Positions 17,638 through 26,362 of a DNA stretch of 64,000 bases are shown in pieces. Numbering within the stretch: position 1 is the stretch's first letter; every line of letters starts with the position of its first letter. Source of the stretch: Acidobacteriota bacterium. GTDB lineage: Bacteria > Acidobacteriota > JAAYUB01. The notes beneath the pieces were generated by a model. The model worked only from the letters and a program-made list of their open reading frames with translations. It did no database searches and was not told where the DNA came from. The translations under genes and the position numbers were made by a program. The DNA lies in the NCBI GenBank assembly GCA_029565065.1, contig JAKQOW010000032.1, positions 52,102-116,101 on the forward strand, written 5' to 3'.

Positions 17638-19374
17638 ATGCGACGCATCACCTGGTCGACCTGCCACCTGTCCCGCCGCGGAGCGCTGGTCGCCGGCCTT
17701 TGGCTGGGACTGGCTCTGGCGTCCACCGCCGCCGGCAAGGGCACCCTGCCACCACCCACGTCGGTGCTGGCTGAACTGACTGCCGCCGCCCGTTCGACCA
17801 AGCCGGCGGACGTGAAGCTCCGCCTGAACCGCGCGGACACCCTCCTGAACCGCGACGCCGCAGTCGACGAGCGGGACGACCTGGGCCGCAACGTCCTGCA
17901 CTGGGCGGTGATCACCGCGAGCACCGCCGCCCACCGGGCCGAGCAGGAACGCGGCATCGAGGTTCTGGAACATCTGCTGCGCCACGGCGCGGACCCCAAC
18001 TGTCGGGACGTGTTCGGGAATGTGCCGCTGGATTACGAAGGATTCGCGCCGTACGAGACCATCCAGGACCTGCTGCTGGAAAACGGGGCGGAAGGCCGGG
18101 AAGTCAACACGGTCGCCAACCGTCTGGCGGAACAGGTGGCGCAACTCGAGAGCGCCAGCGCCGCCGGCGACCTGGACCGGCTGCGCGCCTTGCTGGAGGC
18201 CGGCATTCCCATCGGGACCAGCCTCGACATCCGGTTGACATCCGCTGTCGGCAGCGCCCGGTCCCGTGCCGGCGATCTCGTCGAGGGCGTTATCTGCGCG
18301 CCGGTGACGGTGGCTGGCCGGGCCGTGATCGGCGCCGGGACCCGCATCCGCGGAACCGTGCTGCGCACCCAAAAATGCCGCAACGCCTACGACCGGGCCA
18401 ACCTCATGCTGGACCTGTGCGACGTGATCCTGCCGGACGGTGCCCATCTGTGCCTGACGACCCGGCTGCAGTCGGTGGACAACGCACGCGAGACGGTCCG
18501 CGACGGGCTGATCATCGGCATCGCCTACCCGCACAACACTGCCAGCCGCATTTCCATGGGATTCCACATGCTCGGCAAGCTGTACCCGGCGGTGGGTTAC
18601 GCCTTCGACAGCGCCATGTACGCTTTCGGCCTGACCTACCACCGCGAGATCGACTATCCGGCCGGCACCGAGCTCACCGTCCAGGTGCAGCTCCCCTGCC
18701 GGTTCGCGCCGCCCGCCGGTGTGGTGCCGTGGCCGGAACTGAACCTCGACGAGGCGACCGCCGCGCAGCTGTGCGGCAGCCCCACCCGCACCGAGTCCGC
18801 CGACGGCCGGCCCGGCGACTGTGTCAACATCGTGCTGCTCGGAACCGCCGCGCAACTGCGGCAGGGATTTGAAACCGCGGGCTGGACCCCGGCGGAGAAG
18901 ACGGGCATGGTCTCCGGCGCCAAAACGTTCCTCGCCGTCCTGCAACAGAAGGGCTACGCGACGGCGCCGGTGTCCACCTTCCTGATGGGCGACCGGGCGC
19001 CGGACTTGGTGTTCCAGAAGCAGCTCAACACCTTCGCCAAGCGGCATCATGTCCGGATCTGGCAGCTGCCTGACCCCGTCGGCGGCGAGACGGCCTGGCT
19101 GGCCGCCGCCACCCACGACGTGGGCATCGGCGCGGAGAAAGCCGGGCTGTCCTGGTACCACCGGATCGACTCTCATATCGACCGGGAGCGGGACAAGATC
19201 GCCGCCGATCTCATGTTCACGGGGCTGCCCCGGGGCGTCTGCTGGCTGGACCGGCCGGACTTACCACGCACCGCCAAGAACGCCACCGGGGATGATCTGA
19301 TCACCGACGGACGGATGCTGGTGCTCGCCTTCCCGGCGCGCGCGGCGACCGCCGACACCGATTCGGCCGATTAG
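17638..19374 (+). CDS. periplasmic ankyrin-repeat protein with a C-terminal LssY_C-like domain
   Basis: Start at MRRITW, with GGAG 8 nt upstream. The ORF-track start at 17410 would overlap the divergent outer-membrane gene. Signal peptide, then ankyrin repeats (GRNVLHWAV, LLRHGADPNCRDVFGNVPL), then a C-terminal region (NTFAKRHHVRIWQ...) resembling the LssY C-terminal domain. Confidence 0.6.
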   Translation: MRRITWSTCHLSRRGALVAGLWLGLALASTAAGKGTLPPPTSVLAELTAAARSTKPADVKLRLNRADTLLNRDAAVDERDDLGRNVLHWAVITASTAAHRAEQERGIEVLEHLLRHGADPNCRDVFGNVPLDYEGFAPYETIQDLLLENGAEGREVNTVANRLAEQVAQLESASAAGDLDRLRALLEAGIPIGTSLDIRLTSAVGSARSRAGDLVEGVICAPVTVAGRAVIGAGTRIRGTVLRTQKCRNAYDRANLMLDLCDVILPDGAHLCLTTRLQSVDNARETVRDGLIIGIAYPHNTASRISMGFHMLGKLYPAVGYAFDSAMYAFGLTYHREIDYPAGTELTVQVQLPCRFAPPAGVVPWPELNLDEATAAQLCGSPTRTESADGRPGDCVNIVLLGTAAQLRQGFETAGWTPAEKTGMVSGAKTFLAVLQQKGYATAPVSTFLMGDRAPDLVFQKQLNTFAKRHHVRIWQLPDPVGGETAWLAAATHDVGIGAEKAGLSWYHRIDSHIDRERDKIAADLMFTGLPRGVCWLDRPDLPRTAKNATGDDLITDGRMLVLAFPARAATADTDSAD

Positions 19375-20879
19375 TACCGCCGCTGGAAAAACGCCGGCGG
19401 CGGCGCCGCGGGATCGAAACCGGGCACCCAGCGCGCCACCTGATCCGCCCCCTGGCTGAGGCGCCGCACGCAACGGGCGCTGAAATCGTCCAGCAGCCGG
19501 CGGGCCTTGTCTTCCTTCCCCTGGCGCGCCAGCTCGGCGGCGCGGCGGCGGACCTGCCGCCACTCCTTCAACTCCTTTCGCTCCAGCCCGGCCCAGTGGG
19601 CGCGGATCCGTCGAATCACCTCGTCCGACTCGCCCCAGCGGGCTTCCAGGTTCCGCGACACCGCCGCCAGCCGCCACCACAGCGACTCCTTCTCATAAGC
19701 CCCCCCTGCTCGGGTCAGTTCCTCCGAGAGCCGGAGGTCCAGCGTCGGAAAGAACGGGACATACGCGTTGAGACACGGCACGTGCAGGCACGTCCACAGG
19801 GTGCCGCCCAGGCCGTCGGCCATACCGGGCTCGGAGACCGCGATCATCGAACCCACGGTGCCGCCATAGCAGATGGTGCGCACCGGAATCCCCTCCAGCA
19901 GGGAGCCAGGCAGGGAACAGTGCGGATCGACGCCCGGCGTGTGCGGCCGGATCGAGCGCCCGTCGTCGGTCCGGAAGGTCCAGGTCTCGAAGTGGTCCCG
20001 GAGCACGGCGGCGATCCCTTCCACCGTGACCCGGCCTTCGATCCGCCGCATCCGCTCCATGCCCCGGCGGTAACGCATCTCGTTATAGTGGGTGTTGTCC
20101 GGGCCGTGATAATCCTTGCTGTATGAGAGCCGGAAACTGAATCGCCCGTTCTCCTCACGGTACTGCCCCTGGGCGCGGGCGTGTTCGATGAGCTCGCGGC
20201 GGCGCAGCCGGAACCGGTCCGAATCGTCGGGCAGGTCGGGGTCGGTGATTTCGAACCGGTTGGCCCGCACACAGACGCCGTCGGTCACCCGGACGGCCGC
20301 CCAGCGGTTGCCGGTGGTCTCGATGATCCAGATCTCGGCGGGATCGGCGACGGTATAGATCTCGGGCACCCGGCTGTGATGGCGGGCGATGAGCGCGTCC
20401 ACCAGGTCCACCGCTTCCCGGGCGGTGCGGCAGCGCTCCAGAATCAGGCGGGTGATATCGTTGTCATGGAGGGCCGGCCCGTCGAAGGTGTCCCAGGTAT
20501 TGCCGTCGTTGTTGGCCACGCTCACCTGGTGGCGGTTCATGCCCATCCCCACGCCCCAGCGCCACAGCCGGTCGTCCCGGTTCCGTTCATCCATGGATTT
20601 GAAACCAAGCAGCTGCCAGGTCTGGCGGGCGGCGTCTATGGTGATGAACTGCATCGTCTGTGTGGCGTCCGCGATATTCTCCCCGTCCGGCTGGAAGTGG
20701 AGGATCTGGCCGGAGTTGACGGGGTAATCACGGTTTTTGCCCAGGATGGTCACGCCGTCGCGGGTGGCGCGCCCGGTGGCGCCCACCATGGTGCAGTCGG
20801 CGGCCGCGACCTGGGTCGCCAGCAAGACCGCCACCAGGAGGATCCAGCCGACAATGGTCCATACGGTGCTACGCTTCAT
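19371..20879 (-). CDS. secreted C69-family dipeptidase (Ntn hydrolase)
   Basis: A signal peptide is followed immediately by the nucleophile Cys in AADCTMVGATGRATRDGVTILGKNRD, the C69 hallmark. 502 aa. Confidence 0.8.
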   Translation of the reverse strand: MKRSTVWTIVGWILLVAVLLATQVAAADCTMVGATGRATRDGVTILGKNRDYPVNSGQILHFQPDGENIADATQTMQFITIDAARQTWQLLGFKSMDERNRDDRLWRWGVGMGMNRHQVSVANNDGNTWDTFDGPALHDNDITRLILERCRTAREAVDLVDALIARHHSRVPEIYTVADPAEIWIIETTGNRWAAVRVTDGVCVRANRFEITDPDLPDDSDRFRLRRRELIEHARAQGQYREENGRFSFRLSYSKDYHGPDNTHYNEMRYRRGMERMRRIEGRVTVEGIAAVLRDHFETWTFRTDDGRSIRPHTPGVDPHCSLPGSLLEGIPVRTICYGGTVGSMIAVSEPGMADGLGGTLWTCLHVPCLNAYVPFFPTLDLRLSEELTRAGGAYEKESLWWRLAAVSRNLEARWGESDEVIRRIRAHWAGLERKELKEWRQVRRRAAELARQGKEDKARRLLDDFSARCVRRLSQGADQVARWVPGFDPAAPPPAFFQRRY

Positions 20880-20968
20880 GGTTCCGCCTCAGGTTGTATT
20901 GACTGGGGTGACGGCCGCGCGGCATCGGCGCGTCGCGCGGAGCCGCCCGCCGAGAGATCGTATCCGGA

Positions 20969-23110
20969 TCAGTAACCGTAAGCCGCCACCACCGCCTCGG
21001 GGCCGATGTCATTGCCGTTCTGATCGATGTGGGCAAAGTTGTAGTTGTTCCCGTTCGTGAGTTTGATATGGAACGCCCGGTACATGCCGATGGGCAACCG
21101 GTTGGTCTTGAATTCCTTGATGGCCGAGCGCGGCACTTCAAAGTCGTCCGAGCGGCCGTCGATGGAGCGGGCGGTCCGGTACACCACCCGGTCGGGAAAG
21201 ATGGACAACTGTCCGACGCAGAACAGCGTGAAGTCCCCGCTGTGGTCGTGACCCACGAGGAACGTTTGCGCCTGACTCATGACGGCGGCCTGCTGCTCCG
21301 CATTCTCCAGATTGCTCATCAGCTGCCGGTAGTCACCGTTGGCGGGGAAAAACTGCATCAACAGCCGACACAGGCGCTTCGCGGACGCCAGGTCGCCCGA
21401 GTTGATCTGCGACTGCATCTGGCTGTGGACCATGGAGACCGCGTCCTGCTGCAACTGCAAAGCGTACGCGTGGCCGGGATCGCGCCGGAGAATCTCCCCG
21501 GTGAGCTGCAGCACGTTGTTCCCGGGTGGTTCGATGAACCGTCCCGCGGAATACGCCTGGTAGGCCTGGGTGGACAAGGCCTGCAGCGGATCTTCCACGG
21601 GTGTTTCTCCACCCGAGCCGGGCTGGTCGCCTTTGTTCGCCCATTTGCCGGAGTCGGGCGGCTCCTCCGACGGCGGTGGCGGCGGGACCGGTGTCGGTTG
21701 CGGCTTGGCATCTTTCCGCCCCTTGTCCGACTGCGCCGCGCCGCCGGGAAGCACGGGGAGCGTGAGCGTGCCGGTCGGCTGGCTCGATGACGGGCTGGCG
21801 GCCGGCAGGGACGCGGGGGTTGTCACGGGCGGAGTCTGGGTGCCGCCGGAGCTGCCGCCGGCCACCGTGGTGGAGGCGGTCGGCGTCTTGGGTGACGGTT
21901 TGAGTAACACCGCCAGCACCACGACCGCCAGAGTCACGATGATCAATCCGGCGGCGGCAACACCTCCGATTATCAGCACCTTCTTCTTGCTGGTGTCGGG
22001 CCGCGCGGCGGGGAAACCGGTGCCCAGCCGCGAGTCAAACACGGTGGCGCCGGGAATCTGGACACCCTGGGTGCCCGGCGGATACGCCTGGGTGCCACCC
22101 GGATATGCCTGCGTCCCGGCAGGATATGCCTGCGTCCCGGCAGGGTACGCCTGGGTGCCCGGCGGGTAAGCCTGTGTTCCGGCAGCGTACGCCTGGGTGC
22201 CCGGCGGCGGCGGGGGCGTTCCCGCCGGGCGGGCCGGGGCGGCGCCCGTGGCGGCATAGGCGGCGGTGGCGCGGGGCGGCGGCGCCGTGCGGAGGGCCTC
22301 CTGCAACGCCGCGCCGAGCGCCTGCGAGAATTCCTCAACGGTCTGGTAACGGGTGCGCGGGTCCTTCTCCAAAGCGTGCAGAACCGCCCGGTCGAACACC
22401 TTGGGCAGTTGCGGCAGGACCTTGGAGGGCGAGGGTGGCGGCGTGCGCACGTGGGCCTGCATGATCTCGAAGTCGGTGCTCCCCCGGAACGGCACCGTGC
22501 CGGTGAGCAACTCGAAGAGCGTGATGCCCAGCGCGTAGATGTCACACCGGTAATCGGTCTCCTTGCCCTGGATCTGCTCCGGCGACATGTAGTACAGAGT
22601 GCCCACCTGCAAACCGGTCTGGGTGAGGCGTGACTGGCCCATCACCCGGGCGATGCCGAAGTCCATGACCTTGACGATGCCTTGCCGGTTCACGATCATG
22701 TTCGACGGCTTGATGTCCCGGTGCAGGATGCCCATCCGGTGGGCCTGGCTCAGGCCGAACAGGGCCTGCTGGAACAGCGGCACGGCCTCATGAAAGGGGA
22801 CGGCACCGCGCTGCCGGATCATCTGCTCCAGGTTCATCCCTTCGACGTACTCCATCACCATGAACAATTGGTCCTGGTGGCGGAAGAAATTGTAGAGGGT
22901 GCACACGTTGGGGTGGTTGAGCTGGGCCTGGGTCTTGGCCTCGGCGAGAAAGCGCTGGATCAGGCTGGCTTCCTGCGACAGCTCTTTCGACAACACCTTG
23001 ATGGCGACGATGCGGTCCAGGTTGATGTCCACCGCCTTGTACACCGTGCCCATGCCGCCCTGGCCGATTTTTTCCAGGATTTTATAGTGGTCGATGACTT
23101 GACCGATCAT
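20969..23110 (-). CDS. transmembrane Ser/Thr protein kinase (Hanks-type) with an extracytoplasmic C-terminal domain
   Basis: N-terminal kinase motifs GQGGMGTVYKAVD, VAIKVL, HRMGILHRDIKPSN, DFGIA and YMSPEQ. Then a Pro-rich linker with 7-aa repeats, one transmembrane helix, and an extracytoplasmic domain of about 330 aa. Confidence 0.85.
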   Translation of the reverse strand: MIGQVIDHYKILEKIGQGGMGTVYKAVDINLDRIVAIKVLSKELSQEASLIQRFLAEAKTQAQLNHPNVCTLYNFFRHQDQLFMVMEYVEGMNLEQMIRQRGAVPFHEAVPLFQQALFGLSQAHRMGILHRDIKPSNMIVNRQGIVKVMDFGIARVMGQSRLTQTGLQVGTLYYMSPEQIQGKETDYRCDIYALGITLFELLTGTVPFRGSTDFEIMQAHVRTPPPSPSKVLPQLPKVFDRAVLHALEKDPRTRYQTVEEFSQALGAALQEALRTAPPPRATAAYAATGAAPARPAGTPPPPPGTQAYAAGTQAYPPGTQAYPAGTQAYPAGTQAYPGGTQAYPPGTQGVQIPGATVFDSRLGTGFPAARPDTSKKKVLIIGGVAAAGLIIVTLAVVVLAVLLKPSPKTPTASTTVAGGSSGGTQTPPVTTPASLPAASPSSSQPTGTLTLPVLPGGAAQSDKGRKDAKPQPTPVPPPPPSEEPPDSGKWANKGDQPGSGGETPVEDPLQALSTQAYQAYSAGRFIEPPGNNVLQLTGEILRRDPGHAYALQLQQDAVSMVHSQMQSQINSGDLASAKRLCRLLMQFFPANGDYRQLMSNLENAEQQAAVMSQAQTFLVGHDHSGDFTLFCVGQLSIFPDRVVYRTARSIDGRSDDFEVPRSAIKEFKTNRLPIGMYRAFHIKLTNGNNYNFAHIDQNGNDIGPEAVVAAYGY
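22065..22215 (-). repeat. seven tandem 21-nt repeats (encoding AGTQAYP units) inside the kinase linker
   Basis: Repeated ggatatgcctgcgtcccggca-like units can be seen directly. They translate to PGTQAYPAGTQAYPAGTQAYPGGTQAYPPGTQ. Confidence 0.6.
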
Positions 23111-23123
23111 GAGTTGCCCCCGA

Positions 23124-23714
23124 TCACAATCTCCGGAATTTCAGATAGACGCCGCCGATCCGGATCAGGTCCTCGTCCGCCAGCAGATGGCGGGGCGACG
23201 GTTGGGTCCCGTTATTAACGAACACGGGCCCCTCCATCCCTTCCAAGTACAGGCCGTCCCGCTCTTTCACCACGCGCGCATGGCTCGGAGCCACCCCCGT
23301 TTCCTCGAGCCGCAGACCGGCGCCGTGACCCGAGCCGACCACCAGCTGCTCGCGGTCGAGGCGGACATCCGCAAACTTGGCGGCACCGCTCATGACCACC
23401 AGCCAGCCCAGCAGGGGCAGACCGCCGGACGGGCGCGCGGGGGACGGCGTGAGCGGCAGCGTGGGCATCGCGCCGGCGGACGCGCCGTCCGCCACCGTCG
23501 CGCCCGGCGGCGTTCGGTAGTGGGCGGTGTAGCCGTCCACCACCGTCGCCCGCAGTGGTGAAGCGGGGCCCAGTTCGGTGGGTGGGGCCACCGGCAGCGG
23601 CGGGGGAGTGGAGCTGCCCAGCGGCTTCTGCACCCCGTCCTCGGTTCGGGCGCAGTACGGGCACTCGTTCATCCACTCTTCCATCGGGTGTCCGTGCGCA
23701 CAGAACTTCAGCAT
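23124..23714 (-). CDS. FHA-domain protein with an N-terminal zinc-ribbon
   Basis: The N-terminus has CAHGHPMEEWMNECPYC (a C/H-x-C ... C-x2-C Zn ribbon). The C-terminal FHA core is LVVGSGHGAGLRLEETGVAPSHARV...DGLYLEGMEGPVFVNN. Start taken at MLKFCAHG. Confidence 0.7.
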   Translation of the reverse strand: MLKFCAHGHPMEEWMNECPYCARTEDGVQKPLGSSTPPPLPVAPPTELGPASPLRATVVDGYTAHYRTPPGATVADGASAGAMPTLPLTPSPARPSGGLPLLGWLVVMSGAAKFADVRLDREQLVVGSGHGAGLRLEETGVAPSHARVVKERDGLYLEGMEGPVFVNNGTQPSPRHLLADEDLIRIGGVYLKFRRL

Positions 23715-23747
23715 CGCTCCACTCCGGCTCCGCGCCCGCACCGCGGA

Positions 23748-25397
23748 TCATTCCACCCGGAAGATCGCCGCCTGCTTGCTCCCCAGGATGATCCGGTCGC
23801 CGCTCTTGACGAAGTTCTGCTGGACCCGCGGCGAGTTGATGTCGTTGATGAACGTCCCGTTCGTCGATCCCCGATCCTCCAGCAGGAGACCTTTGGGGCT
23901 CGGGGTGAGCAGCGCGTGCACCTTGGACACGTGGTCGTCCGGAACGACCACCGTGCATTGGGACGGATCGCGGCCGAAGATCAGGCCCTTGGACGGTATC
24001 TCCATCACTTTACCGGCACTGGGGCCCTTCTCGCAGACCAGCCGGCCGAAGCTGCCCACCTGCTGGCGCTGCGACTGGACATCCACGACCGTGGCCCGCA
24101 TCTCCGGGGTGCCGGCGGCCGGCCGCGGGGGCGGCGGAGCGGCTTTCTTCCCGCGCGCCGCCAGGATCCCCACCACGCCGACGATCACCAGCAACAGCAA
24201 CCCGCCTCCCACGATCGCCAGGATCGTGCCGTACCGGCTGAAGAAGGTGGGCGGATGGGCGGTGAGCCATTCCTGGCATTTGACCTGGATTCGTTTGGCA
24301 TCCGGCTGGTTGGGCATCAGGCGGAGAATCTCGTCGCACTTGACGATCGCTTCCTCGTAATCCTCGTCGAAGTAGAGATCCAGCGCCTGTTGCCACAGGC
24401 TGTCGATCAACCCGCGTTTTGACTGGATGCCGGCGGCGCTGATGAATTCCTTGGCCGTGTTGATGGGGACGGCGAAATTGAATCCCTGGATGGGAATGGC
24501 GCTCTGGGCGCCCGTGGGGGCCAGGCTGATGAACGTGGCGATGCCGATCACCTCGCCGCTGTCGTTGAAGACCGGGCCGCCCGAGTTGCCCCACGTGACC
24601 GGTGCGTCAAACTGGATGACCGGCGTGCCCTTCACGTCCAGCTTCAGGCTGGACACGTGGCCCGAGGTGATGGAGGCTTCGAGCATCGAGGACTGGCTCA
24701 GGTAATCGTGCTGGCTCACCACGCCGGGGTAGCCGGCGGGGAACACCGCCGCCTGGAGCGAAACCGCGGCGGAGTCACCCAGCGGCACCGTGGGCAGGTT
24801 GCCCTGCTCGATCTTGAGCACCGCGATATCCTTGCCCGACTCTTCCTCCTCGTAGCTGAAGATGCCTTCGGTCTTGCCGGCAACGGGGGTGATCGGCGGG
24901 CTGTACTGCTTGATCTCGGCGGGGAAGTACTGCCAGTTCGACAGGAACACGAACAGCTGCTTGGACACCTGAAACACCGCCGCGGCCGCGAGCTGCTGGA
25001 AGACCGACACCTTCTCCTCCTGGGTCAGGGGCGCGCCTTTCCGCTGCTCCAGCGCGGGAAAGATGTGCTGCTCGAGGATCTGCACCAGTGCCTGAGACTT
25101 GAGCGAGTTGTTCTCCTTGCTGTGGTACTCTTTCACTACATGGCCATTGGTCACGATGTAGCCGTCCGGATTGACGATGAATCCGGAGCCGGATCCACTC
25201 ATGTCCATGGGATCGAACTCCTGCAGGCCTTCATCCGTCCGGATCGCCACCTTGACCTGTATCCGCGAGTAGACCATGACCACGCCCGGCTTGACGGTGA
25301 GGATGTTCTTTTCGCGCGCCCGCTCATCGGCGGCGGTCAACGACGCACCGAGAGCCAGCACCAACAGAAGGGCGAGAACGCACCCGCGCTGCGACAT
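23748..25397 (-). CDS. trypsin-like serine protease (S1C/DegP-like) fused across the membrane to a C-terminal FHA domain
   Basis: Signal peptide, then a protease domain with His in TNGHVV and Ser in TWGNSGGPVF. One transmembrane helix (ILAIVGGGLLLLVIVGVVGILAA). The cytoplasmic tail has an FHA core (LIFGRDPSQCTVVVPDDHVSKVHALL...GSTNGTFIND). Confidence 0.8.
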   Translation of the reverse strand: MSQRGCVLALLLVLALGASLTAADERAREKNILTVKPGVVMVYSRIQVKVAIRTDEGLQEFDPMDMSGSGSGFIVNPDGYIVTNGHVVKEYHSKENNSLKSQALVQILEQHIFPALEQRKGAPLTQEEKVSVFQQLAAAAVFQVSKQLFVFLSNWQYFPAEIKQYSPPITPVAGKTEGIFSYEEEESGKDIAVLKIEQGNLPTVPLGDSAAVSLQAAVFPAGYPGVVSQHDYLSQSSMLEASITSGHVSSLKLDVKGTPVIQFDAPVTWGNSGGPVFNDSGEVIGIATFISLAPTGAQSAIPIQGFNFAVPINTAKEFISAAGIQSKRGLIDSLWQQALDLYFDEDYEEAIVKCDEILRLMPNQPDAKRIQVKCQEWLTAHPPTFFSRYGTILAIVGGGLLLLVIVGVVGILAARGKKAAPPPPRPAAGTPEMRATVVDVQSQRQQVGSFGRLVCEKGPSAGKVMEIPSKGLIFGRDPSQCTVVVPDDHVSKVHALLTPSPKGLLLEDRGSTNGTFINDINSPRVQQNFVKSGDRIILGSKQAAIFRVE

Positions 25398-25546
25398 ATG
25401 GCCTCCTTAATCGGTCCTGAATGCATGTCTACCGGCGTTTTGATCTCATTGTAGCACAGGCGCAAAGGCCCGCAATCGATTTTGCTTGGGCGCGGATTCC
25501 GGGCATGTTATAGATGCCGCATGCCCCCAAGCGGAAACGTTCGGCT

Positions 25547-26350
25547 ATGACGCGCTGCCGACTCACCCTGACGAACGACCTGCACCTGGATCTGATCCAC
25601 CTGTGGGACCACCCCTTGTCGCATTTCCTCGACCGCCTGGCCCGGGAGGGCGTCCAACGGCTGGTCCTGGCCGGCGACCTGATTTCGTTCGCCGAGCAAA
25701 ACCTGGACAAGGCCTTCCGGGCGCTCGCCCCTTTCGCCGGGCAGATCTTGTACACGCCCGGCAACCACGACCTGTGGACACGCTTCGGCGATTCCCTGCA
25801 GCTCTACGAGGACTACATCCCGGCTGTGTGCGCCCGCCACGGCGTGCACTACCTGGACGCCGCCCCGCACATCGAGGGTGCGGTGGCCGTTGTCGGCAAC
25901 GTGGGCTGGTACGATTATGCTTTCCGGGATGAATCGCTGGGCTACCCCGACGACTGGTACCGACAACGCTGGATACCCGGACGCTTTCAATGGATGGACC
26001 GGCATTACATTCGCTGGCCGCTGACAGATCCGGAATTCGTCGACCGCTGCTGCCGGCGCCTGGACACCCAGCTCGACGGACTGCCGGACACGGTGGACAC
26101 GGTGGTCGTCGTCACCCACCACGTCCCGTTTCACGAATTGCTCGTCCGCAAATCCGATCCGGTCTGGCGGTTCGGAAACGCTTTCATGGGCAGCCCGCGG
26201 CTCGGTGAGGTCATCCGGAGGCATCCGCGGGTGACCCACGTTTTCTGCGGCCATTCGCATGCCGGAGTGCGCCTCACCACGGAAGGGCGCACCGCCGTCT
26301 GCCTGGGCGGCAACTACAACAAGAAAGTGCTGGAAACCATCGAGCTGTGA
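25547..26350 (+). CDS. calcineurin-like metallophosphoesterase
   Basis: Motifs DLHLD, GDLIS, GNHD and GHSH. Confidence 0.75.
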   Translation: MTRCRLTLTNDLHLDLIHLWDHPLSHFLDRLAREGVQRLVLAGDLISFAEQNLDKAFRALAPFAGQILYTPGNHDLWTRFGDSLQLYEDYIPAVCARHGVHYLDAAPHIEGAVAVVGNVGWYDYAFRDESLGYPDDWYRQRWIPGRFQWMDRHYIRWPLTDPEFVDRCCRRLDTQLDGLPDTVDTVVVVTHHVPFHELLVRKSDPVWRFGNAFMGSPRLGEVIRRHPRVTHVFCGHSHAGVRLTTEGRTAVCLGGNYNKKVLETIEL

Positions 26351-26362
26351 ATGACCGCCGGT

